Assembly (NCBI GenBank): GCA_965242965.1 | Contig: OZ251518.1 | Coordinates: 1,952,001-2,016,000 of the forward strand | Source: Candidatus Poribacteria bacterium | GTDB taxonomy: Bacteria > Poribacteria > WGA-4E > WGA-3G | Direction: 5' to 3' | Length of the DNA stretch: 64,000 nucleotides | Part shown: piece after piece, positions 40,971-50,376 of the stretch | How positions within the stretch are numbered: the stretch's first letter is position 1 | How the letters are laid out: every line of letters begins with the position of its first letter | Position numbers and translations under genes: made by a program | The notes under the pieces: generated by a model | Databases searched by the model: none | The model's input: the letters and a program-made list of their open reading frames with translations, nothing else | Told to the model about the DNA's origin: nothing

Positions 40971-42029
40971 CTATTCCCCCACAAAAATACGATAAATATC
41001 CTCAAACAAACGAACATCTGTCAACGTATCTTCGGCAGAAGAACGGAACGGTGCCGGACTTCGGACATTCGCAATGAAGTATTCCGCCTCCCGACGATAT
41101 GCCCATGTCCACGCAGGACGCGGAATAGGACGCGAAATCTCCTGCTCCTCACCAGCAAGATAAATCTCCACTTCGGCAGGCGTATTCTTCAGCAACAACG
41201 GTGGTGCCCACGTGTGAATCCAGCCGTTTTCAAAATAAATCTGGCTATGCTCATCCCACCGATAATGCGAAACATGTCCTGTCTCCAGAGTTACCCGAAC
41301 GCCGCCCATATTAAAAATGACAACACCGGAATACCCGTTTGCATCCAGATCTACGGCGGTAACGCTGACATCATCGCCTGCATCGAGAAACCAGCGCATG
41401 AGATTAATGTTGTGCGTATATTGCTGGAGGTATCCCAGATAGGAACCGCGATATTGCTCCGGCAGCCATTCCGGTGTGATGACAGGCGCGCTCGGCTTCG
41501 GTTCATCCGTGCCGTCCATCTGCGAGTCTAAATTGCAAACCCAGTCGCCGCCAAACCCGTGATTTCGGGCGTATGTCAACCTGCCGAGTTCACCTGATTC
41601 GCGGAATTCCATCACCTTCGCTTTGACAATCTCGTTGCCGGCATCGTAACGCTTCATGTAACCTACCATCAACTTTTTGCCGGAGGTGCGCGATGCCTCG
41701 ACGATGGCTTCCGCTTGCGCGATGGAGACAGCCATCGGTTTCTCCATGAAAACGTGCTTGCCCGCGAGAAGCAGGTCCTTCGCGATTTCGCCTTGGAGCG
41801 CGAAGTCCGCCGAGACAGCGACCGCCTCAATCTCCGCGTCCTGCGCGAGTGCCCCGTGGTCTTCGTAAAGTTGGGGGATGCCGAACCGCTTTTGCACTGT
41901 CGCGCCGAGTTCGGAACGCACTTCGGCGAGTGCGATTAACTCGCAGTCGGCGATGCTAGCAAAGTTCGGGATATGCACCTTCTGTGCCATGAATCCACAC
42001 CCAATATAACCGAGTCGGATTTTTTCCAT
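40971..42029 (-). CDS. Gfo/Idh/MocA family oxidoreductase
   Basis: IGCGFMA, EKPMA, VGYMKRYD. Confidence 0.9.
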   Translation of the reverse strand: MEKIRLGYIGCGFMAQKVHIPNFASIADCELIALAEVRSELGATVQKRFGIPQLYEDHGALAQDAEIEAVAVSADFALQGEIAKDLLLAGKHVFMEKPMAVSIAQAEAIVEASRTSGKKLMVGYMKRYDAGNEIVKAKVMEFRESGELGRLTYARNHGFGGDWVCNLDSQMDGTDEPKPSAPVITPEWLPEQYRGSYLGYLQQYTHNINLMRWFLDAGDDVSVTAVDLDANGYSGVVIFNMGGVRVTLETGHVSHYRWDEHSQIYFENGWIHTWAPPLLLKNTPAEVEIYLAGEEQEISRPIPRPAWTWAYRREAEYFIANVRSPAPFRSSAEDTLTDVRLFEDIYRIFVGE

Positions 42030-42045
42030 GCGATTTTCCTCAAAA

Positions 42046-42522
42046 TTACTTGTGCCGCGATTCAATTCGCGCGACAGCGTCCTTCGCGCCTTCGCGCACC
42101 AAGGTGGATACGTCGTATTGCGAGAGGTATCTCAGTTTGTCAAATCCTTCGGAACCATTCACTTCAATTTTGCCGAGGGCGACGGCGACGAAATAACGGA
42201 CATCCGCGTCCTCATCGTCTAGCGCGTCCAGCAGTGCCTCGATATCCATTTGCGTGGCCAGGTCGCGTTCGTCATCGCCGATGTTAATCAAGGCTTGCGC
42301 GGCGATGCGCCGTGAATGAATGTCGCCGTAGCGTAGCGATGCGAGTAGCCCACTCGTCGCCGTCGTGGGGAGCACCGTGAGATTATCCCAATCGCAATCG
42401 TGGCAGAACCATGAATCTTCGGCGAGATTCTGGACGTTCACACTGCCGCAAGAGGGGCATTCCTCAAATACCGTTTCACCGATAGGCGGGATGCGTAACC
42501 CCGCTTTTTGTTTCTGACTCAT
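42046..42522 (-). CDS. Zn-ribbon + HEAT-repeat protein
   Basis: CPSC..CHDC then DEDADVRYFVAVALGKI. Confidence 0.75.
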   Translation of the reverse strand: MSQKQKAGLRIPPIGETVFEECPSCGSVNVQNLAEDSWFCHDCDWDNLTVLPTTATSGLLASLRYGDIHSRRIAAQALINIGDDERDLATQMDIEALLDALDDEDADVRYFVAVALGKIEVNGSEGFDKLRYLSQYDVSTLVREGAKDAVARIESRHK

Positions 42523-42893
42523 GAGGGTTCGTCTTCCTCCAATTCCGGTAAGTCTCGCCAGATTTCAGGGCCTTCCGGCTTGAAATTAATGGTGGCGATG
42601 AACTGCATGCCGTGATAGAAGTTGATTTTGAACTTCCCGCCGCCGAAATGCTGCTTGAGGTAGTCCAAGGGGGTTTCAATCAGCGGTCCCATTTCGTCCG
42701 CGTGGTAAAAAGCGAGGGGTTTAAAGCGCACCGTATTGCCGACCGGTTCCTGAACGAGGAGGCGCGCCGATGTCGCAGGGAACAGCACTTTAAACGCGCC
42801 CCACAGGTCATCGACTGTCGGGTTTGGCTTGCCTAATCGCTTTTTGAAGTCGTTCTCCAAGTATTCCGAGAACGTGTTAAATACCCATTCCAT
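42519..42893 (-). CDS. Hypothetical protein in the radical SAM operon
   Basis: AAGGAG RBS; ATGA overlap with the next gene. Confidence 0.7.
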   Translation of the reverse strand: MEWVFNTFSEYLENDFKKRLGKPNPTVDDLWGAFKVLFPATSARLLVQEPVGNTVRFKPLAFYHADEMGPLIETPLDYLKQHFGGGKFKINFYHGMQFIATINFKPEGPEIWRDLPELEEDEPS

Positions 42894-42985
42894 GATGGAA
42901 CTCCTTTGTCGCGCTAGAGCGGTGCCTTCAAGAAGTCCTTCCAGTCAAAATGAGGCAGAGGGAACTCCTCCGTGGCTTTGCATTG

Positions 42986-43543
42986 TCAGAACGTGGCGGC
43001 TTTCTCGAAGAATTCGATATCGACACGTTCGATCTGCGCGGCGCGGGCATTCTCGGCGACACGCTGGACAACCATCTCGCGCACGAACGGAATCGGGATG
43101 CGCTTCACGCGATGCACAACTTCCTCCGTGCAAGGCACGTTCGTGTTGTCAAGAAAAGGACCATCGTGCATCGGCATTTCATCCGGATGTTCGCACGTTT
43201 CCGGCACCAATTGTTGCAAACGCATGGAGACGTAGTCGGTTACCCACTGCTTTAATGCCGCCGCGCTATCTGCAGCAGAAGCGTCCGTCTCATTTGCGAG
43301 CATCGAGACCGGGAGGTCTCTCCTACCCGCCGCGCTGTTTGCAGGAGGCGCGTTTCCCTGGGCTTGACTCCCTGTGCCGTTGTCGGTGGAAGAGCCCTCG
43401 CTGTTGTGATTGTCCTGCGCGTCGCTTGATAAACGCGCGTTCCAATCTAATTTCTGATTGATGCTGACGAGGAGGCTCTCCACGTTGGTGAGGCGTTCCT
43501 CAACGTCTGTCAGCCGTTCTTGTAAGTGAATGTTTTCGCTCAT
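42986..43543 (-). CDS. Coiled-coil protein with C-terminal PCP_red-like domain
   Basis: GGAGG RBS; RVKRIPIPFVREMV..VAENA..VDIEFFEKA. Confidence 0.65.
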   Translation of the reverse strand: MSENIHLQERLTDVEERLTNVESLLVSINQKLDWNARLSSDAQDNHNSEGSSTDNGTGSQAQGNAPPANSAAGRRDLPVSMLANETDASAADSAAALKQWVTDYVSMRLQQLVPETCEHPDEMPMHDGPFLDNTNVPCTEEVVHRVKRIPIPFVREMVVQRVAENARAAQIERVDIEFFEKAATF

Positions 43544-43594
43544 ATTTCCTCCGTGTGCCTCAAATGAGGCTTTTTATTTCCAAAACCGCACCTT

Positions 43595-43885
43595 TCCGTA
43601 GGGCGAGGGCCTGTCCCTCGCCATGCAACGATCGCGGGGGACAGGCCCCCGCACTACGTTACAAACAGGCCCGCCTTTCCAAAACAGGCCCACCTTTCCG
43701 TAGGGCGAGGGCCTGTCCCTCGCCGTGCTTGCGGGGGACAGGCCCCCGCCCTACGTTCAAAAATCGAGACCAGGAGGTCTCTCCTGCCTCGCTATGCAAC
43801 GATCGCGGGGGACAGGCCCCCGCACTACGGGCCAAATAGGGCAAGATACGTTCCAAAATCGAGACCGGGAGGTCTCTCCTACCGC
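43595..43885. repeat. REP cluster inside the radical SAM operon
   Basis: Multiple doublets. Confidence 0.85.
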
Positions 43886-43895
43886 ACCATGCTAC

Positions 43896-45200
43896 TTAAC
43901 GCCGCGGCGCGAATGACGGCATGCCTGTCTTATCAAACCGCTTTTTAACCGCCTTCATGAGTTCCGGCGTAATTTCCCGATGTCCATGTTCGCGGGCATA
44001 TTTTTCGACGCTTTTGATAACCATCCCTCTTGCGAAGGAAGGCACGCGCTTTAACCGCTTCTGTGCCGCCGCATTCCATTGCAAATCGTAAGCCGGCTCA
44101 CTCGCGAACGCCGTAGCGTTTGCAAATTGGACAGGCGGCCGTTGCTGCCCCGGTTGATATTCGCACGATGCATCGGCGGCGAGGTAATTACCGGTGTCGG
44201 CGTAGGCACGCGCTCGGCATCCGCCGCAAACTTCTCGGAATTCACACGCGCCGCATTTCCCCTCAAGCAGGGTGCGGTCCCGCAATTCCTGAAACGTCTC
44301 CGCTTCATTCCAAAGTTTAACGAAACTTTCCGATTTCAGGTTACCGACGCTTACCGGCAGATAGGGACACGGTGTCAACTCTCCTTCCGGCGAGATTCGG
44401 CAGTAATAGATACCACACGGGCATGTGCCGCTCGGATAGCCTTGCAGGAAGGCGGAGTCCGACTGCTGTTCATAAATGACGCGTTTATAGTGCGGCGCGC
44501 ACTTCGCGGCGATGAGCATCTTCCCACTGTAGTCCGCCTGCAGTTGGAACATTGTCTCCAGCATTTTCTCATATTGCGCTGCAGACAAATCCATCACTGT
44601 CTTCCCTCTTCCCGTCCGCACGAGAAAGTAGAGGTTCAGCACCTTCGCGCCGAGTTGATAAGCGAACTCGACAATCCGCGGGATTTCATCGTAATTCCAC
44701 TGCGTCACCGAGGTTTGGACGAGGAAGTCAAGTTTTGCGCGTTTGAGTGCTTCAACCCCGTTCATCGTCGCCTTCCACGCGCCTTCCATCCCGCGAAACC
44801 TATCGTGGTTAGTGGGTTGAATAGAATCAATGCTGAGCCCTGCGCCGGTAACGCCGTGCCGTTGCATCTGTTCAACGACTTCGTCGTTCAGTAGCACACC
44901 GTTCGTGCCCATCACGACGAGGAACCCGGTATCGGCGGCGTATTTAGAAATCTCCAAAATATCGGGACGCAACAGCGGTTCGCCGCCGGTGAGGATGAGC
45001 AGGATGTTCGGGTTAATCTCGGCTATCTCGTCAATAATGCGGAAACATTGCGCTTGGCTGAGCTCCGCCTCGCGGTGATAGCCTTGCGGGAACTCGTCCG
45101 TATCCACGAACCCCGCGGGTAGGTAGCAGTGCATGCATTTCAGGTTACATAACCGCGTGATATTCCACGAAACCGCCTGAACTTTGGTTTGATTTTCCAT
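43896..45200 (-). CDS. Radical SAM/SPASM enzyme (NirJ/AhbC-D-like) with C-terminal PCP_red-like domain
   Basis: CNLKCMHC, TGGEPL, SPASM CPCG..CPY..CGAC..CGGCRARA; tail WNAAAQKRLKRVPSFARGM. Confidence 0.88.
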   Translation of the reverse strand: MENQTKVQAVSWNITRLCNLKCMHCYLPAGFVDTDEFPQGYHREAELSQAQCFRIIDEIAEINPNILLILTGGEPLLRPDILEISKYAADTGFLVVMGTNGVLLNDEVVEQMQRHGVTGAGLSIDSIQPTNHDRFRGMEGAWKATMNGVEALKRAKLDFLVQTSVTQWNYDEIPRIVEFAYQLGAKVLNLYFLVRTGRGKTVMDLSAAQYEKMLETMFQLQADYSGKMLIAAKCAPHYKRVIYEQQSDSAFLQGYPSGTCPCGIYYCRISPEGELTPCPYLPVSVGNLKSESFVKLWNEAETFQELRDRTLLEGKCGACEFREVCGGCRARAYADTGNYLAADASCEYQPGQQRPPVQFANATAFASEPAYDLQWNAAAQKRLKRVPSFARGMVIKSVEKYAREHGHREITPELMKAVKKRFDKTGMPSFAPRR

Positions 45201-45201
45201 T

Positions 45202-45654
45202 TTATCCTTTAAATCGTAAAGCGATGCCGAAAACAATTAAGCCTGCGATGAGCGTCAAACCGCCGAAGAGATTGACAGTTGCGCTCGGAGCGCGCTGTCC
45301 GTTTTCTTCTTCAAGGTGCCGCCGGTATAGTGCACTGTGAAGTCCCCAAAATAGTGCCATGCCTCCGAACGCCGCGAGTTTCACAACAAAGTTTAGCATA
45401 TAATCCACTTTGAATGCCATATCATTATTCCATGCGACGATAAAGAACACCATCGCGCCTGTTGTGAGGAGGACATGAATCATGAGACGTATCCAGCGTC
45501 GGAGGCGATTATGGATTGCCAGTAGCGCGTCGTTCGGCAAGTGTCGCCGCACAATCGGCATAGCGATGAAGGTAGAGAAAACTACGCCGCCGAACCAGAC
45601 TATCGCTGCGATGAGGTGTATGCATCGGATGCAGAGTTCTACGATTGTGCGCAT
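45202..45654 (-). CDS. CopD/DUF4149-like 4-TM membrane protein
   Basis: HLIAAIVWFGG; four hydrophobic helices; abuts the radical SAM start. Confidence 0.7.
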   Translation of the reverse strand: MRTIVELCIRCIHLIAAIVWFGGVVFSTFIAMPIVRRHLPNDALLAIHNRLRRWIRLMIHVLLTTGAMVFFIVAWNNDMAFKVDYMLNFVVKLAAFGGMALFWGLHSALYRRHLEEENGQRAPSATVNLFGGLTLIAGLIVFGIALRFKG

Positions 45655-45726
45655 TTTCGATTTAAGCCTTGTTAAAGAGATTCACGATTTTGTCGGGTTA
45701 ATGATAACCTTTTCGGGGTGCAGAAG

Positions 45727-46608
45727 TCAACCTTGCGTTTTGCCCAGTTCAGCCTTCCCTGTAACGAGTGGGCAAATCCCTTCAAATTCAAGGATAGTCG
45801 CGGGGCGAATCGAAAAGTACTGATGTCTTCGTCCTTTAAACCGCACCTTTAACGCGGGGCCCTTACGAAAGGTTTGGTATCGAGGGTGTGGATATCCGCC
45901 ATTTAAGTTAACCGGTATATCCTCTTCCCGCAGTTCCAAATCAAGTTGGAGGATTTCTTCGACGGTATAGGACAACTTCAGGTAAAGCACGGCTACCAAG
46001 CGGGCAAACTTCTGGAATAGGACTGGCGTTTCGCGAAACGCTTGATAGAGTTGAGGGAACGGTGATTCATGAATTGCTAGGCCATTCTCGTGTTCAAGTG
46101 AGATGCCGTTCCGCACCCGGTATTCAAATAGCCATGGGCTGGCGGCCCCGAGTTTCTCGTCCAGAAGAATCCGCCGTGCTCGGAGTTCGGCGAGCTGGTC
46201 ACCGGTTAATTCCCCGAATCTCTTCTCATGATGCAAGCCCTGCGCCTTGCTCCTTTTCAGACTAACCTCCCAACCAGAAGAGGTTTCGGAAACTGCTTGA
46301 GGCGCAACCCACGCGGCGTAGTTGCGGTGCGCAAAAGCGAAATCTCCATCAGTGCCTGTTTTTAAGGAATGCAGAAATCCGCACTCTTCGGGTGATTCCG
46401 GCAGAAGTTTGAGAGAAATTTCGGATGAGGTCGCGTGTGCTTCTTGCACCCGAACAAAATACTGGCTCCGTTTTGTTGGACGGAGGAGCACAAATTCGCA
46501 AGGTTCGCTCTCCAGCGGCACAGTAGCCGTGAGGGCACCGCCACTCGGTTGCGGAATGGCCCCTTGATACCTTTCCATAAAAGTGAGTTCATAAATGTGT
46601 TGCGGCAT
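45727..46608 (-). CDS. Hypothetical protein (putative defence cassette member)
   Basis: 293-aa ORF with GGAGG RBS, co-oriented with the TIGR02391-like gene. Confidence 0.6.
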   Translation of the reverse strand: MPQHIYELTFMERYQGAIPQPSGGALTATVPLESEPCEFVLLRPTKRSQYFVRVQEAHATSSEISLKLLPESPEECGFLHSLKTGTDGDFAFAHRNYAAWVAPQAVSETSSGWEVSLKRSKAQGLHHEKRFGELTGDQLAELRARRILLDEKLGAASPWLFEYRVRNGISLEHENGLAIHESPFPQLYQAFRETPVLFQKFARLVAVLYLKLSYTVEEILQLDLELREEDIPVNLNGGYPHPRYQTFRKGPALKVRFKGRRHQYFSIRPATILEFEGICPLVTGKAELGKTQG

Positions 46609-46640
46609 TTTTAGCCTCCAAGATTACGCGAGCGTCTCCG

Positions 46641-47369
46641 CTAGGGTGTAGTTGACAGCGGTGCGCGAGAGTCAATAATCCGAAGCAAGTGACTTGCGAA
46701 GATGATGAGTTCTGCAGCTTCATCGGCTGCAACGGAGACATTCCGATGGCTATGCGGGTTTTTGTAAAGGCCGATTGCGCCGGCGAACAGTTGGTGCGTG
46801 GCATCCTTTTCCGCCTGTGGTTGGTTCGCGTCTGTCAGCGGTCCGTCCTGAGCGTGGAAGGCTTGTCGCATCAAGTGAACGCCGTAATCTGTATCAGAAT
46901 AACCACCTGCATCCCGAACGGCGACTTCCACCTCTTTGAACGCTAGGAGGACAGCCGTGCCGTAATTACCCCGTGAGAAGGCATACCATACCTCTGTGGC
47001 CAACGCTGGATGCAGTAGGGATTTTGGTAATAGATTTGCGAGACGATAGGCATCCAGGTCTCTAGCATTTTCTATGCGGAGTCCCCGTCTCGTAATGAAA
47101 ATCCACTCTCCTTGACTACCAGGGCTAGGGGCGATTAAACCTTCTTTTTCAAGCCACATCCACCCTTCCATGAGATCACGACTAATGCTCTTCTGATGCT
47201 CCTGGGGATAGTCTGCTACCGTATGCGGCATACTGAAGTTATAGCGATTGAGTTCGGGACTTCCCCCTGGGAGGGATTTCAGATATTCCAAAATGACTCC
47301 TGCTAATTCCTCCGGTTCAAGGTTTAGCAAGAGTTCGTGGTCTGGAATAAGTTCGTAGATAGATGGCAT
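46641..47369 (-). CDS. TIGR02391 (Ymh-like) family protein
   Basis: LLHP..AVLLAFKEVEVAVR..GVHLMRQAF..LFAGAIGLYKNPHSH. Confidence 0.8.
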   Translation of the reverse strand: MPSIYELIPDHELLLNLEPEELAGVILEYLKSLPGGSPELNRYNFSMPHTVADYPQEHQKSISRDLMEGWMWLEKEGLIAPSPGSQGEWIFITRRGLRIENARDLDAYRLANLLPKSLLHPALATEVWYAFSRGNYGTAVLLAFKEVEVAVRDAGGYSDTDYGVHLMRQAFHAQDGPLTDANQPQAEKDATHQLFAGAIGLYKNPHSHRNVSVAADEAAELIIFASHLLRIIDSRAPLSTTP

Positions 47370-47422
47370 CGTTTACCTCAAAGCGAGTTTCATCGCGCGG
47401 GGTGGGCGCATCAACCGATTTC

Positions 47423-49123
47423 TCACTGCGGTGCCAGCATCGCCTTGATGTCTGCCGGCAGCTGAGCATCGATTATCCGCTCAAAGTCTGCAACGCTCTT
47501 GTAGAGGGTGTGAAACAACTCAGAGACATCCAATCCTCTTCTTTCGGCGGCAACCAAGTCCGCTTTGGCTTTGTTCCAATTTTGCAGGCACAGCCAAACG
47601 AGAGCCCTGTTGAAATAAACCAGGGTATCGTGCGGATTTATCCCTAGTGCCGTAGTATAGTCTTCAAGAGCCAGGTCGAATTCCCCCGTGCAGAAGTAAG
47701 CGGCACCGCGATTGCAATAAGCCTTGTTGGTGTTATCGGAACTCAGTTCAATCGCTTTCGTATAATCGGCTATCGCCCGATCGAACGCGCGGTTTTTGCC
47801 GTAAGCAACGCCCCTGTCGTAATAGGCATCCGCGAAATCGGCATTGAGTTTTATCGCCTTGCTCAAGTCTGCGATGGCTTTGTCAGCGTCGCCTGTTTTA
47901 CCATAAAGGTTGCCGCGATTGTAGTAGGCCTTAGCATAATCTGGCTTGAGTTCTATTGCCGTGTTAAAGTCTGCGATCGCCTTTTCTGATTCGCCGGTTT
48001 TGTGATAAACGCTCCCGCGGCTGTTATAGGCTTCGGCGAAACGAGAATCGAGTTCTATCGCCATGTTAAGGTCTTTGAGAGCCCTATCAAAGCTGCCTTC
48101 ATTGCCATAGACATCGCCGCGATTGTGATAGGCATCGGCGTAATCGGGTTTAAGCGTAAGCGCGGTGTTAAAATCACCGATAGCGTTGTTAATTTCGCTC
48201 TTGCGCCTATAAACGTTGCCGCGATTATTATAGGCGATAAAATCATCGGGGTTGAGTTCTATCGCGGTGTTGAAATCGTTGAGAGCCTTGTCAAACTCAC
48301 CTATGTTGCAGTAAGCGATGCCGCGATTGTTATATCCCTCGGCACAACTGGGATTGAGGGCAAGTGCTGTGTTAAAGTTTTCAATAGCCCTATCAACGTT
48401 GCCTTTTCCGCTATAGGCATCACCGCGATTGACATAGGGAATTTCAAAATCAGGTGCCAGTTTTACCGCGATGTTGAAATCCGCGATAGCAAGGTCAAAC
48501 TTACCTTTGTAGAGGTAAGCAACCCCGCGGTTATTATACGCATCGGCATGTTCTGGGTTCAGATCAATTGCATGCGAATAGGCTTCTATCGCCATTTCTA
48601 TTTCCCTAAGCATCCCGAGAAGAAAGTTCCCGTGCTGGAACACCCACTCAAGTAGCGTTTCCTTTTCCGCTGCGTTAGAGGCACGAGCCCGCGTTTCGTT
48701 AACGGCCTTTCGGAGCCCATCCACCACGTTCTGCCAACCTTTGCTCTCAGGATGCCATTCGTTAATCGGCACGCCTTTGTCAGGAAGAGCCTCAAAATTC
48801 TGGAGTTGATGATTGAGCCAATCACAACTCTCAAGGATGATGGGAATGACTCTCATTTCCAACCCTAGTGCTTCGGCTAATTCCTTATTGCAGTTCTTAG
48901 ATGCAAGGCTATCAGCAGAGACAAGGTAGATGAGCAAGTCTGAATCGGCAAGGTGTTTGAGAATGTTTTCCTGACTCGCTTTGTCCCCCGCGGTGAGATC
49001 ACCATCGTGCCAAGTTATGAGTTCGTTTTGCTTCCCCATCACAGCAAGCCGCCTTCTCAATTCGTCCTTTGCTTCAGTGTTTCTATGCGAATAGGCAATG
49101 AAGCCTTTCAGTGGTTTGCACAC
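47423..49123 (-). CDS. TIR domain + TPR repeat protein
   Basis: FIAYSH, LVSADSLASKNCNKEL, VIPIIL; ~10 TPRs (AYNNRG); probable GTG start 49123. Confidence 0.88.
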   Translation of the reverse strand: MCKPLKGFIAYSHRNTEAKDELRRRLAVMGKQNELITWHDGDLTAGDKASQENILKHLADSDLLIYLVSADSLASKNCNKELAEALGLEMRVIPIILESCDWLNHQLQNFEALPDKGVPINEWHPESKGWQNVVDGLRKAVNETRARASNAAEKETLLEWVFQHGNFLLGMLREIEMAIEAYSHAIDLNPEHADAYNNRGVAYLYKGKFDLAIADFNIAVKLAPDFEIPYVNRGDAYSGKGNVDRAIENFNTALALNPSCAEGYNNRGIAYCNIGEFDKALNDFNTAIELNPDDFIAYNNRGNVYRRKSEINNAIGDFNTALTLKPDYADAYHNRGDVYGNEGSFDRALKDLNMAIELDSRFAEAYNSRGSVYHKTGESEKAIADFNTAIELKPDYAKAYYNRGNLYGKTGDADKAIADLSKAIKLNADFADAYYDRGVAYGKNRAFDRAIADYTKAIELSSDNTNKAYCNRGAAYFCTGEFDLALEDYTTALGINPHDTLVYFNRALVWLCLQNWNKAKADLVAAERRGLDVSELFHTLYKSVADFERIIDAQLPADIKAMLAPQ

Positions 49124-49286
49124 CCTTTCTTTCCTCCACGATGCAGGTTTTCTGTGTGATGATAACATATCTTGCGAACAAATTTCAATCAAATTCGCAG
49201 AATTTCCAAATAGGCCATCATTTGCGAAAAAAACGCTCAACGACATCCCAAACATGTCTCCTTCTAAGGCTTAAAGAAGCATTTAA

Positions 49287-49654
49287 CTGAGGGTGTTTCA
49301 TAATTCGTTCAACGTCGCGGTGACAGGCCCCTTCTACGGTGAAAAAAACGCCGCCCTTCACGTAGGGCGGTGGGAAAACCTGTCCCTCCCCATGCTTGAT
49401 TGCCCCGTTCACCGTAGGGCGAGGGCCTGTCCCTCGCCATGCCTAAGGTCTGTAAGACCTTAATGTCTATAGCATCCTGCATCGCAGCGCACCCTAAGGT
49501 CTGTAGGACCTTAATGTGCAGCGGCTCACCTCGCTGCGGCTTGATTAAGGGCCTAGCGGACCTTGAAAACAGTGGCAAATCTGTTTTTCCATAGACATGT
49601 AGGTGCTAAAGCACCTAAAGAGGCATCCATAACGGAGTTATGAAATACCCTCAA
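49287..49654. mobile_element. MITE-like shell with REP cargo, flanked by TTAA
   Basis: TTAA-CTGAGGGTGTTTCATAA ... TTATGAAATACCCTCAA-TTAA. Confidence 0.72.
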
Positions 49655-49662
49655 TTAACCCC

Positions 49663-49920
49663 CTATCGGATACGTCTCATGTACTCGTCGTGTTTTCCAA
49701 TCCAAAACCAGACGAGAGTTCCCTTTCGTTCAAAAGCCAACATCCGATAGGCACTGCTGATTCGTGCAACCTACAGTGTCTTGACTTTTTTCAGATGCAG
49801 AGATGGGTGCCGTGGATTTTCAGACAGGAATTCGACTTTCCTGATAGCACGTTTTTGAACGTTTCGTGGAAGTCTGTCATAACATTCCCAAAAATCGTCG
49901 TGCAGGCTATGTTTCTTCAT
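49663..49920 (-). pseudogene. ParE/RelE-like toxin with an internal TAG (not in ORF track)
   Basis: Hand translation MKKHSLHDDFWECYDRLPRNVQKRAIRKVEFLSENPRHPSLHLKKVKTL*VARISSAYRMLAFERKGTLVWFWIGKHDEYMRRIR; TAG at 49771-49773; ATGA overlap with the upstream gene. Confidence 0.82.
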
Positions 49921-50366
49921 AACACTTCGTGCGTATAAGCGCGAAAATCAGAAAGCCTTGGGGCTCTTCCGGCGTTTGCGATTTTAAATCCTGTCAAGGC
50001 AGGCTTGGAAAATTGACCCACAGACTCCAAGACATCTGATGATGAATACTGAGCGAGAAACGAAGCCACATCCTCGCATTTGCCCGCATCAAAATCGGCA
50101 ATGACGCGCTCGGCGATAGCATCAAATTTCCCGGCATCCACGTCTACCTCAAGTTGTTTATCCCAAGCATCCGCATGCGCTGCCAATGCCTCCAAAAGCC
50201 TGACTTCCAGCGTTTGCACTAAGGCTTCTTTCGTTTTTTCGCGGCACTTCACCTCAGGGAATTCTTGGATCAGCCCACTCCACTCGCTACCATTCTCCCA
50301 AATATTGGCAGTATAGAGCTCGCCATCCTCCAGAGTTTGGATTTCGTGAGTATAAACGCGTGTCAT
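49917..50366 (-). CDS. Putative antitoxin: HicB-like N-domain + WD.Q.E.D..AGK.D helix
   Basis: AAGGAG RBS; WSGLIQEFPEVKCREKTKEAL; AWDKQLEVDVDAGKFD; coupled to the toxin pseudogene. Confidence 0.65.
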   Translation of the reverse strand: MTRVYTHEIQTLEDGELYTANIWENGSEWSGLIQEFPEVKCREKTKEALVQTLEVRLLEALAAHADAWDKQLEVDVDAGKFDAIAERVIADFDAGKCEDVASFLAQYSSSDVLESVGQFSKPALTGFKIANAGRAPRLSDFRAYTHEVL

Positions 50367-50376
50367 GCGTGACTCC

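Noticed and set aside
49771-49773. Programmed amber readthrough (pyrrolysine or recoding)
   Set aside because: TAG is used as a normal stop in many genes here and no pyl genes are seen; a TGG to TAG mutation is simpler
49690-49938. 82-aa plus-strand ORF
   Set aside because: Shadow of the minus-strand toxin pseudogene
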